Positions 11,511 to 23,912 of a DNA stretch of 64,000 nucleotides are shown here, piece by piece. The translations under genes and the position numbers were made by a program. Origin of the DNA: Octopus sinensis. Lineage: Eukaryota. The stretch covers positions 13,640,001 to 13,704,000 of the forward strand of contig NC_043021.1 of NCBI RefSeq assembly GCF_006345805.1, written 5' to 3'. Within the stretch, counting starts at the first letter, position 1; every line of letters starts with the position of its first letter. The notes under the pieces were generated by a model. It saw only the letters and a list, made by a program, of their open reading frames with translations, was not told the origin of the DNA and made no database searches.

Positions 11511-12397
11511 ATATTCAGTGCATATATGCACGTTCCCTTTTTACACACGAAACAATAAAACCTAATTCACATTGACATACATATCTATATATTTATTACA
11601 CACAAACACACCCACAATTCTGTATATGCACTTCATATACATACATACATGTGTGTTTATGTGTGTTAATCTCACATAGAAACATAATAAATTCATTAAA
11701 TGCTATAGCCGTTCTCTCAGATACATATGGCTTGTATGTATGCTCAACAGAAACATATATTATAATTACTCATAGAAACACACCCACAAATGTATATATA
11801 TCTACACACTGACACACGTATCTAATCTTTATACATCATAACCATATACACGCACATACATTCTCATACATACATTATAAATGGGGTGATATGTGTGTGT
11901 GTATATATATATATATATAATATATATATATATATATAATTATACAGAGGCATATGTGTATACAATACAGATGTATACATTTACAAAGTATTTGCTAATT
12001 ATGTACTGGTATGTAGAATATATACAATGGTATATTTGAGTGTGTGTCTATCTATCTATCTATCTATCTATCTAATAATTGATTTAGGCAGCAATAAGCA
12101 AATGTGTGCCAAAAAGGAAAACTAAAACCGTCATTAAACATGACTGAGGATGTTATATATATATAGATATATATACACACACACACACACGGTTATTCGC
12201 GCTGACAGACATACACACGTGTGTATATAATTCTAGTCATCAAGCGAAATGAATGTTCTCTAGTCGTGTATGTAATGTCATCTTGTGTGATCACCTGAAC
12301 AGGAAGAAATCTTTTAAATACACACGCGAACACTCACACGCGCGTACACCTCCTCCTATATACAAAATGTCACTGATCATTCATAGCCGAACGTGTA

Positions 12398-12443
<46 letters not shown>

Positions 12444-12453
<10 letters not shown>

Positions 12454-13404
12454 TACACCCTATCGCATTATTAACACATATGTCGGTGTGTATGGATGTG
12501 TCTGTGATTTTATATATAGCTGTACGTACGCATATTTAATTCATAGAAGTACGTTATACACGCATGCATGTATACATACATGCATGACATACATTCATAC
12601 GTAATTTTCCACCACATGCATACATAAGATTTCTCGCACATATTCTATGTAATACATACCTACACCTATTACATTTATGTGTATATAATCCTTTAAACCT
12701 TACATATCTAATTCTAAGAAGCACATCGACCACACACACACACACATATAATCACATACACATGTAATTATATATATAGTCCTTTACGTAGACCAACATA
12801 TATCTAATTCGTAAGTGAACATATCTATACATCAGTTACAAATGTATGTATATATTCTGTAAATAATAATAATCATTATAAGCTTATATATATGTATATA
12901 TATATATATATATACACACACACATATACATATATACACCCTATCGCATTATTAACACATATGTCGGTGTGTATGGATGTGTCTGTGATTTTATATATAG
13001 CTGTACGTACGCATATTTAATTCATAGAAGTACGTTATACACGCATGCATGTATACATACATGCATGACATACATTCATACGTAATTTTCCACCACATGC
13101 ATACATAAGATTTCTCGCACATATTCTATGTAATACATACCTACACCTATTACATTTATGTGTATATAATCCTTTAAACCTTACATATCTAATCTAAGAA
13201 GCACATCGACCACACACACACACACATATAATCACATACACATGTAATTATATATATAGTCCTTTACGTAGACCAACATATATCTAATTCGTAAGTGAAC
13301 ATATCTATACATCAGTTACAAATGTATGTATATATTCTGTAAATAATAATAATCATTATAAGCTTATATATATGTATATATATATATATATATACACACA
13401 CACA
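12444..13404. repeat. Near-identical tandem duplication, unit ~481 bp
   Basis: TATCGCATTATTAACAC at 12461 and 12942; one 1-bp indel (TAATTCTAAG vs TAATCTAAG); junctions lie in (TA)/(CA) tracts. Confidence 0.95.
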
Positions 13405-13516
13405 TCAACACATGTATATATGTATATCGTGCATAGATGACATTTCTAATTCATATGATCACACAAAAACACGTCCGTGATACAAATACATACATTATTT
13501 ATCACATAAATATATA

Positions 13517-13554
<38 letters not shown>

Positions 13555-13879
13555 TATGTATGACGACTATCCGTGAACAGTCGATCGTCACAGATCCGAG
13601 TTGACCCAGCGAAGCTCGAATTAAATTTTGGGGTCATCGATTTGTTAGAAATAGTAATCAAATTGCTCTAAAACTACTACACACCCAGTCGTCTTTTAGA
13701 TATCGAAAAAGAAAAAAGAAAAAACCCCCAAAAAACGAGATGGTCATGGATTGATTGTCTTCTGTCATTGGCCGGCTCGATCAGTTGCTGACCTGGGGCG
13801 AAACAACAAAAACGACCCGTCTGATTCATTCATCACTCACTCGTGAATACAGGCACATACATAAACATAATTTATCTCA

Positions 13880-13913
<34 letters not shown>

Positions 13914-15336
13914 TAGTCCATCGGATAGTCATACACACACTTAATTCTTTCTCTCTCACACACACACACACACGTACACACACTCTCACACATACATGCA
14001 CTTAAAATCTATCACAGAAACACGCTCACACATAAATGTATATTGTTCATCATACAAGCATACACATATTTAACTTACACACACACACACACACAAACAG
14101 CTCGTGCGCGCACACACGTTCACACACACCATTGTGGGTGCCTCTGTGTGGATGTCCAGTCTGCTAGAAATAGCAACCTAATATTTCTTAAGTCACATCC
14201 TGTTGCTACAAATGCGGGAGAGCACATTGGACAATGTAGTTCATGATATTAGTTGGTGCTGGGTGGTGGTGGAACACCTCGATGGTCACAGCTGGAACGT
14301 CTTTGATCATAGATTTTCACGATCGGAGCTGACTTGGTGTTAAACATCAAAAACTCATATATGTGTAGCATACATAATCCATTGTAACACGCCGAGGATA
14401 AGCGAACTAATGTAATGTGTGTTGTCTGTGTGTGGGTGTGTACGTGTAAATGTCTCCTTAGCATGAATGGATATATATAGACACACACGCACACACACAT
14501 GGGTAGTTGGATAGATATATGAGTGACAGTCAGGAATATGACTAGACAGATAAATTTATGGGTGGACAGATTTGTAATTGAGTATGGGTAGTTAGATATA
14601 TGCAAGGATATATATATATTTCTTTACTGCCCACAAGGGGCTAAACATAGAGGGGATAAACAAGGACAGACAAAGGGATTAAGTCGATTACATCGACCCC
14701 AGTGCGTAGCTGGTACTATATATATATATATTATATATATATATATATAGACTGGAGTCTGATGCAGGCCCTCAGCTTACCAGCTCTGGTCAAACCGTCC
14801 AACCCATGCCAGCATGGACAACGGACGTTAATTGATGATGATGATGATGATGATATATGTGTGGGGAGGGATGAAAGGAGGAGGAGAGAGAGAGAGAGAT
14901 TGGTAGATGTACAAGTGGCTGGATAGATATATGAATGGACAGATGGATGGATAGTTATGGGTTGGTAGACAGATATATGGGTAGATAAGTAGAAGATAGA
15001 CATGTAGTTGTATATATATATATATATATGCATATACACAGGGAAGGGGGATAGCTAAGTAGACATGTGTCGATGGAAGGATAGGTAGATATATCGGTTA
15101 ATAAACAAACTGAGATACGAATGAATAAGACGACACCTGTATGATGGGTAGATGGATGGCTTGGTAGGCACACACACACACACACACACACATACACACA
15201 CAACACACACGAGTGAGTAGGCAAATGAAGGAAAGTGATACTCATTTGTTAGGAGTTACATATATTATTTGATATCAGTTTGATTCAGTTTCCACGGCCT
15301 GACGAGATGGGTTCGTTTGACGAATGCTGGAAAATT

Positions 15337-15383
15337 TAAGTTGCATAGAGCCGAATAAGTTTAATTCGTCTCTATGCAACTTA
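15337..15383. other. 47-nt near-perfect hairpin in unique sequence
   Basis: TAAGTTGCATAGAG (15337-15350) pairs perfectly with CTCTATGCAACTTA (15370-15383), then one mismatch, CGAAT/ATTCG and a 7-nt loop. Confidence 0.85.
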
Positions 15384-15394
15384 GTTTCATCTAT

Positions 15395-15407
15395 CTAATC
15401 TAATCTA

Positions 15408-15461
<54 letters not shown>

Positions 15462-15495
15462 ATCTATCTATATCTATCTATCTATCTATCTATCA

Positions 15496-15558
<63 letters not shown>

Positions 15559-15560
15559 GT
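15395..15560. repeat. Compound (TCTA)n-(TC)n-(TA)n microsatellite
   Basis: Seen directly. Confidence 0.95.
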
Positions 15561-16002
15561 ATATATACGTGTGTGTGTTTAACTATAGAGATGTAGATAA
15601 AGTTGGGTGGTTACAGGCAGATATATGGGTAAACTGGATGCAGGAGTGATATATATATATAGGTGGATGGATAGCGAAATTGTTACGTGGATCTAAATAA
15701 ATGGTTAGGTAGTTGGATGGATGGATAAATTACATATATATATGAATAGAAAACAGCTCGCTCAGTAATGTTGTCTCCTTTTCCTTCTTCTGGTCCTTTT
15801 TTTTTCTTAACTTTTCCCTCTTACATTATACTTCATCTTTCTGTATTTTTCTGACTTATCCCACCTCTCTCTCTCTCTCTCATTTTGTTTCTCTTTCTCT
15901 TTCTGCAAAATTTATAGAACAGTTTCCGCCTCCCCCAACATGCAAGTAAAAATAAAAGACACATACAGGAACAATGTTACGTTCACACACACATATATTC
16001 AC

Positions 16003-16760
16003 ACCTACACAGACATGCAGACACGCGAAAGGGTCCTTTCACACACACACACTCCTACACAGACATGCAGACACGCGAAAGGGTCCTTTCACACACACAC
16101 ACTCCTACACAGACATGCAGACACGCGAAAGGGTCCTTTCACACACACACACTCCTACACAGACATACAGACACGCGAAAGGGTCCTTTCACACACACAC
16201 ACTCCTACACAGACATGCAGACACGCGAAAGGGTCCTTTCACACACACACACTCCTACACAGACATGCAGACACGCGAAAGGGTCCTTTCACACACACAC
16301 ACACACACACACTCCTACACAGACATGCAGACACGCGAAAGGGTCCTTCACACACACACACACACACACACACTCCTACACAGACATGCAGACACGCGAA
16401 AGGGTCCTTTCACACAGACACACTCCTACACAGACATGCAGACACGCGAAAAGGTCCTTTCACACACACAACACCACTCCTACACAGACATGCAGACACG
16501 CGAAAGGGTCCTTTCACACACACACACACACACACACACTCCTACACAGACATGCAGACACGCGAAAGGGTCCTTTCACACACACACACACTCCTACACA
16601 GACATGCAGACACGCGAAAGGGTCCTTTCACACACACACACACACTCCTACACAGACATGCAGACACGCGAAAAGGTCCTTTCACACACACACACACACA
16701 CACTCCTACACAGACATGCAGACACGCGAAAGGGTCCTTTCACACACACACACACACACT
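16003..16760. repeat. Minisatellite of 14 units (50-62 bp): constant core plus variable (CA)n
   Basis: Core ACTCCTACACAGACATGCAGACACGCGAAAGGGTCCTTTC; ACACGCGAAA at 16021, 16071, 16121, 16171, 16221, 16271 and onward. Confidence 0.95.
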
Positions 16761-17157
16761 CTCTCACACTCTCAAGACTTGCTGCCGTTTTGTCATTTCT
16801 ATCTAAAGGAATGACAGTTGACAGTTTTCACTTCGACGGAACGGCTGGGATACGTTGGCGACGAGGAGGAGGAGGAGGGAAATTTATTTAAATTTTTATT
16901 AATTTCATTACTATTATTAGTTGTACTAATATTCGTTTTATTTTATTTTTAATTATTAATTATTATTGATTTGATTCGATTTGGTTTCCTTCCTTCCTAT
17001 GTTTTAAGCAGGAGGTGAATGAGAGGAGCGATGCTTGAGTGCTAGTTTAATGAGAGAAAGAGATAGAAAGGGGGGGGGGCAAGAAAGGGAGAAGAAGAGA
17101 GATAGGTAGGAAAAGAGCGCGTTGCTGAGAGGAAAGGAAAATGTAGATATACTAAGG

Positions 17158-17172
17158 ATTAGATAGATAGAG

Positions 17173-17203
<31 letters not shown>

Positions 17204-17482
17204 GAAATAGAGATAGATAGATAGATAGAGATAGATAGATAGAGAGATAGATAGAGATAGATAGATAGAGAGATAGAGATAGATAGATAGATAGAGCGAT
17301 AGAGAGAGATAGAGATAGATAGAGAGATAGAGATAGATAGATAGATAGAGATAGATAGATAGAGAGATAGATAGATAGAGAGATAGAGATAGATAGATAG
17401 ATAGAGAGATAGATAGATAGATAGAGAGATAGAGATAGATAGATAGATAGAGAGAGATAGATAGATAGATAGATAGATAGGA
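17158..17482. repeat. (GATA/GA)n microsatellite
   Basis: Seen directly. Confidence 0.95.
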
Positions 17483-18244
17483 TTTATCTGAGATGTAAGG
17501 AATTTAAAAAGTACTGAAAAAATATTTGATAGGCACATGAGATAGAAGGGATGTAAGAGAGATTTAAAAAAAAGAGTGATGTAGCTATATATACAGTTAA
17601 ATATACTGAAAGTATTATACACACACACACATATATAATATAATATATATATAAATGTATGGGTGTGTGAGTGTATATATTTATACACACATATATATGA
17701 GGACAGTGAGAGATGTAGCGGTCGATCGATCGAGAGTATGATCGATAGATAAATAGCTAGATATACCGAGAGCGAGATAGGTCGATAGAGAAAAATATAT
17801 ATATGAAGAGAGTGAAAGAGGGAGAGATTGAGAGATCGAACAGTGAAAGCTGTCTGCAGTCAGTGAAGGTGGCGGTGGCAGCGGGCGGCGGAATGAATGA
17901 ATGAGAGAGGAAAATGAAAGAATGAAAAAATAAAATTAACATATAATAAATAAAATAAAGTAAAAAACCAGTCTTCTTAGAAAATGTGTGGAGGTGGTGG
18001 TGGGGTGGGTGCGGGGGGCATTTTTTTTCTTGATTTTTCTGTTACCCCCCCCTTTTTTAAAAAAATTATTTCATCTGTTTACTCCAACCTGAATTTAAAA
18101 TTTGTCAGAAAGAAGTGTGTATGTATATGTGAGGTGGTTGGTGTGATTGCTGTTTGTTTAACCCCAGGTCAGCCCTGATCTCGCAGAAACTGGCCGTTAA
18201 TTTTGTGTGTGTGTGTATATATAAGGGACTAAACTTTATATTGA

Positions 18245-18420
18245 GCGTCGTCTGCCGTTACGTTCTGGGTTCAAATTCCGCCGAGGTCGACTTTGCCTTT
18301 CATCCTTTCGGGGTCGATAAATTAAGTACCAGTTACGCACTGGGGTCGATATAATCGACTTAATCCGCTTGTCTGTCCTTGTTTGTCCCCTCTGTGTTTA
18401 GCCCCTTGTGGGTAGTAAAG
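18245..18420 (+). mobile_element. tRNA-derived SINE family B, 5'-truncated, CpG-intact
   Basis: GTTCAAATTCCGCCGAGGTCGACTTTGCCTTTCATCCTTTCGGGGTCGATAAATTAAGTACCAG..GCCCCTTGTGGGTAGTAAAG. Confidence 0.85.
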
Positions 18421-18879
18421 ATATATATATATATTCTTTGAGACGACAGAAGGGTGTATTATGATTTGAGGGAAATTTGGCTGCTATTACTAAGGTCGAA
18501 TGTCCGTATAGAGACTCCCTCACTAGTGTACAGTGTGTGTGTGTGTGTGCGTGCGTAGGGGGGGGTTTGTGGTTTAGAGAATTTCTAGAGAGAATGAGAG
18601 AGACAGAAGGAATGTCAGAAGAGAGATGTAATTATCACAACCACTCATTCTGTTACTTCGCCCTACCCCTCCACCACCGACATCACCATTTGTCAGAAGA
18701 CTCCCCACCCCCTCCTTTCTCAGACTCCCAGCAGCGCTCCTAAAGTAACTGCTATTATTATTATTATTATTTCTCCCGCTTATTATTTTTTTTTTTTAGA
18801 TATCTGAAGGAGAAAATACCATAAATGAAATTAAATAATTAAATTACAGATTAAAAAACTACACACACACACATTTGTG

Positions 18880-19300
18880 TGAGCGTATGTATGTATACAC
18901 ACACCCACACACATATATCAGCACACTTATACATTCATATGAACGTGTATGTGTGTGTATATATATATATGTGTATATATATATATGTGTGTGTGTGTAT
19001 AAATATGTATGTGTATATATGTATATATATGTGTGTGTGTATAAATATGTATGTGTATATATGTACATATATGTGTGTGTGTATAAATATGTATGTGTAT
19101 ATATGTACATATATGTGTGTGTGTATAAATATGTATGTGTATATATGTATATATATATGTGTGTGTGTGTATAAATATGTATGTGTATATATGTATATAT
19201 ATATGTGTGTGTGTGTATAAATATGTATGTGTATATATGTATATATTTATATATATATATATATATATAAATATGTGTGTGTATGTATGTGTGTGTATGC
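18880..19300. repeat. TA/TG-derived minisatellite
   Basis: Repeated GTGTGTATAAATATGTATGTGTATATATG. Confidence 0.9.
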
Positions 19301-20210
19301 GTTAGCGCTGCAATGGGTGAAAAGCAACATCGATTCACACCCACTCTTTAGATACCCGCCACGCCACCTAAGGGGCGGGAGTGGCTGAATAATAATAACA
19401 ATAATAATAATAATAATAATAATGAGGGTAATTATAATAATGATTTCATGACATCAGGCCATAAAGCCTCTCAAACTGATGGTGGGTGGGGGGGAATCGG
19501 GATGCTGTAACTATTATGCCTTGCCCAAGAACGTAAGCGACTTGAAGTGAAGTCAAAACAGTTTCTTCTACATGTGTCAAAACCGGTTTGCGAGAAATGT
19601 GTGCGTGTATATATATAAATATATATGTATATACAAACACACACACAACACTCACACATATACGAGGCATTCCCGGAAAATAGAGTCGGAAATTATTTAA
19701 TGCACCAAAAGCCGTAATTTTGGAGGGGATTTGTGTTTGAAGCATCGTGGCTTACAATTTTGCATTTTTGTTTGGTACATGTGAAGGAATTTTTGCCCCC
19801 TTTTTTTTTCAGTTTTGACCTTCTTTTGAAACAAAAAATTTGTTTTCTGAATTTCTGAATTATGTTTTAAACGTCTAGAATGATGATACCGCAAAATTAT
19901 TCGTCACATAAACACGAAAAAAAAAAAAAAGAATTCGAAAAAAGAAAAAGAAAAGGTCATATCTGAAAAATCATAGGGGCCAAGCCCCCACCCCCATATA
20001 GAACCCGTCTCCGACAACTTCTATTTTTTGTAGATTCGTAATCTTCCATACCTAAAACCTTATACACCTGAAATAATTATGGGTTTTAGCGCACTAGATG
20101 AATTCCGACTCCATTCTTCAGGAATGCCCTGTGCATTAAGCAACCTGTTATATTAGTTACATGTATACGTAGAATTCAGTCTATTTTCTACGAGAATACT
20201 ATACATACAT

Positions 20211-20241
<31 letters not shown>

Positions 20242-21045
20242 CACACACTTACGTAAATATGTATGTCTGTATGTACGTACGTATTCTATAGGAGTATCGT
20301 ACACACACACACTAATATGTGTAATGTGAAAAGTAGGTGTGTCCGCATGAAAAAAATTCGCTAGGCCTTAAAATTTAGTTAGAAAATGTAAAATAAAATA
20401 GTTAAATGTTATTTTAGGAGCCGAATTAATTGTTTGTATGAAAAATAATATTTTTTTAATCATAAGTAAATTGTCGTTTATCGACTTACACGTTATTAAG
20501 TTAAAAAAATTTTTGGCAAAAGAAAGTCGTTTCCATAGTAAAAATAAAAAAAAAAGCGAAAGATTTTACGGTACGAAATAAATTGGAATGCTGCAATTAA
20601 TATGTGCAACGTAAATGATTTAAAGAGTAATAGTTTTTGTGTGTGTAAATTAATGATTTTTTGGAGAAATAATTTATTTTAAAATATATCAAATATGAAA
20701 AAAATAAATTAACCACTTGTTTGTTCCGCCTCAGGGTCATCTCTCTCCCTCCTCCTTCTCCTTCTCTCTAACTGAACAGGCCTGTGATGAAAGAGATTCC
20801 GGCCGTGACCATCTATATATAGGGTTACGCTGTCATTGCTTTTTTTTTTTTGTCTCGTATATTTGACTATTGTCATGTTGTCATGCTCCGCTTGTTGCTA
20901 TTTCTAGCTTCATTAATGACCGCATGAAGACCCCCTCTATCTCTTTCTCTCTCTCTGATGTTTTTAGTACACGTGAATGCTTGTAGAATATTTTTCGTAA
21001 CTCAACAATTGTTGAAAGAATAATTTACGGAAAATACGTAACAGA

Positions 21046-21432
21046 GACGCAGGCGTGGCTGCGTGAGTAAGAAGTTTGCTTTCCAACCATGCGATCTTGG
21101 GTTCAGTCCCACTGCGTGCGGCGGCACCTTTGGGCAAGCGTCTTCTACTATAGTCCCGGGCCGACCAAAGCTTTCTAAGTTGATTTGGTAGACGGAAACT
21201 GAAAGGAGCCGGTCTTGTCTGTCTGTCTGCCTGTGTGTGTGTGTGTGTGTGTATGTGTGTGTGTGTGTGTGTGTGTGAGTTGTTTGTTACCCAACACCGC
21301 TTGACAGCTTTTGTTGGTTTATTTACATCTCCGTAACTATAGAAAAAATTAGTGCTGGGCTCAATTTGTTCGACTGAAAGAACCCTTCAAGGGCGGTGCT
21401 CCAGCATGGTCGCTATCCAATGACTGAAACAA
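21046..21432 (+). mobile_element. Full-length SINE family A, CpG-retaining
   Basis: GACGCAGGCGTGGCTGCG..GGTTCAGTCCC..GGCGGTGCTCCAGCATGGTCGC..TGACTGAAACAA. Confidence 0.85.
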
Positions 21433-22170
21433 AGCACAACATTAAAAGAATGTAACACCACTTAGTCGAAAGTAAAGAATATGCACACCCGGTGGTTAGG
21501 ATCAGGGCTTTTGTTACGCCGAAAACTGGTTGTGTACGCATTCTTTACCTCCGTCAACACCTTTTTAAGCGAACTTTATTTTTTTACAGTCTATTTAAAA
21601 CTGGTTGCCATGTAGTCGATCTATGAACAAAGCGTTCCCACCACAGCCCACCCGTTATTGTTAAATAAACTGTGAGCGTTCATTTTCTAACGGGCGGTAT
21701 AGGGTGTGGTTTTAGAGTAATTTCTTCTTTGTTGGAAATCGAATGACCACGTAGTGGCTTGTGTGTGGGGTTGGGATTGGAGGAGAGACAGAATGAGACA
21801 ATCTGCATCGTTTGTGCTGTGTTGCTGCAAATTAAAAAAAATTAAAGCAAACACTCGTCAGTTTTTCTCTTCGTGCTCCCACTGTCGCTACTTAAGATTT
21901 TTTCCTTGCCACACTTACAATTAATTAGTTATTAGGATCCAGATGGACTGTGTGAGTTCAGTGTCTCATCCTCTTAGTCAACCTCTCACTTAAGTTTTTA
22001 CTCTCACTCGACCACTTACCTTCTCTCAACCTCTCACTCAATCTCTTGCTCTCTCTCTCTCTCTCTCTTAGCCTCTCACTCATCAAACTCTTACCCTTAC
22101 CTATCTTTTTACCCCCCCCCGGTTAGTCTCTTCTTACTCAGCCTCTCACCCTTATCTTCTCCTAATTTCT

Positions 22171-22398
22171 TATTTCTTTATTGCCCACAAGGGGCTAAAC
22201 ATAGAGGGGACAAACAAGGGCAGACAAAGGGATTGTCGATTACATCGACCCCAGTGTGTAACTGGTACTTAATTTATCGATCCCGAAAGGATGAAAGGCA
22301 AAGTTGACCTCGGCAGAATTTGAACTCAGAACGTAGCGGCAGACGAAATACCGCTAAGCATTTCGCCAGCGTGCTAACGTTTCTGCCAGCTCGCCGCC
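22171..22398 (-). mobile_element. Full-length SINE family B
   Basis: Reverse complement of the 57897-58128 copy; the two flanks share CTTATCTTCT..TAATT (diverged TSD). Confidence 0.85.
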
Positions 22399-22734
22399 TT
22401 ATCTTCTTAATTCTACCTTTCTCCCTCCCTCTCCCTTCTACCCATCCCCTTTTCTCCCCCTCTCATCCTATTTCTTTCTCTCTTTTCTACCTCTCTCTAG
22501 TGTCATCTTATAATCCATCGGGACCTGTAATAGTTGAACTGGCCAGTGGCTAAGCTATTGAAACTATCTGTTCTTAGACTGCGTTCAAATCCTGATCACT
22601 GTCATTTTAGATTACGCAAGATAAGCCGACAAACAGCTACTACACGGACACTCAATCTGCTGGAATAGTAGTCAAATGTCACTCAAATTACATCCTACCC
22701 CCTTGAAGGATAAAGTTATCTTAAGTCATGCTAA

Positions 22735-22950
22735 CTCATGAGGGCTGGCTTCCCGGTTTCATGACAAATATTCTCCACTTGGACAGGACTTCATTCTGAT
22801 GCAGGATTATTTATTTTCGCCAGCTGAGTGGACTGGGGCAACGTGAAATGAAGTATTTTGCTCAAGAACACATGTCCCCAGTCCAGGAATTGAAACCACT
22901 ATCTTACGATCATGAGTCTGATACCCTAACCATCAAGCTATGCACCTCCA
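22735..22950 (-). mobile_element. CORE-type tRNA-derived SINE (family D)
   Basis: Minus strand: tRNA head then GTGTTCTTGAGCAAAA..CTTCATTTCACGTTGC.CCAGTCCACTCAGCTGG (CORE-like). Further copies at ~31985, 32795, 39300, 40440, 42070, 44770, 61905 and 63476. Confidence 0.7.
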
Positions 22951-23147
22951 CTTGGAGACGAGTTGGGATAATGTTATTCGACAGGTTGCATAGTTTGGGG
23001 ATGATGAATTCTCTCCAACTGCTTTGCATTGAGATGGTACTATGGACATGTGGTTAGAATGTTACAGGAAAGAATCGCTAGACAGATTCTTCAAGCTGAG
23101 CCATTCAGCAGGAGATCCAGGGTAGAACAAGAATTAGATGGTTGGAT

Positions 23148-23912
23148 GATATCCATGGCACCCCAACAATTCTGTGCGTGACAATTCAGCACTGACAATT
23201 CCATGTATGATAATTTAATGCTGTCAAATTTATGCATGACAATTCTGCACATGGTATGCACATGCCAATTCGTGCACAACAGTTCTCTTGGACCATTCTT
23301 CTTGTCATAAGATGCACCAACCCTTTCACGAATATTTGAATGCATCTACTTTATTGCTAATACTGCTGGCTGTGGCACATGGCTGTGCTCCACGATTCCC
23401 ATAAACTCCCATTAACATGGATACGACCTTTGCATTTGTCTTCAGTACAATGCCAAGACTCTTTTTTCCATTTCGAAGTTTTCTATCTAAACGATAGCAA
23501 AATCCATTTAATAAAATGTGCTCATGCCCTTTCTCTGATAAAACCCTCTCTTAGGACTCGTTTTTTATTTCTAAATTAGTAAATGTTTGTAACCAACTGG
23601 AATCTTAAAAAGTTAAAAATACCATCCTAGGTCTGCAAAATAAAAGTAATGAAATGACATACTTGTATAAATAGAAAAAAAAAAGGCTTTTGGACTGCTA
23701 ATAATTGAAAGTGCTACAACTTATTCAATGGTTGTTGGTGTTAACAATCTAAAACATTGCCATTTATTCGTGAAGTTGAAAAGTTTAGAAATTTTGAAAA
23801 CAAAATAAATGAAATTAAATTTCATACACGCCAAAACACAATGTACTGAATTGTTTTTGCATAGTCCTTGGGCTGAATTGTCATGTACGGAATTGTTGGT
23901 TCAAGAATATCC
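23148..23912 (-). mobile_element. Internally deleted Mutator-like (MULE) element carrying a degenerate FLYWCH zinc-finger sequence
   Basis: TIRs: CCAACAATTCTGTGCGTGACAATTCAGC (from 23163) vs the reverse complement of 23870-23899 (CCAACAATTCCGTACATGACAATTCAGCCC). Minus 23540-23370 with two frameshifts reads SEKGHEHILLNGFCYRLDRKLRNGKK/SWHCTEDKCKGRIHVNG/..EHSHVP. Confidence 0.7.

Noticed and set aside
15341-15348. TTGCATAG equals the 5' end of miR-153
   Set aside because: The rest of the sequence does not match miR-153 and it lies on the 5' arm.
16003-16760. CRISPR-like look (palindromic repeat plus spacer) and three open frames of 250-300 aa
   Set aside because: The spacers are only (CA)n, there are no cas genes, and the context is eukaryotic; the frames are open because the unit has no stop codon.
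19655-20045. Possible TA-flanked mariner MITE
   Set aside because: The candidate TIRs match only patchily.
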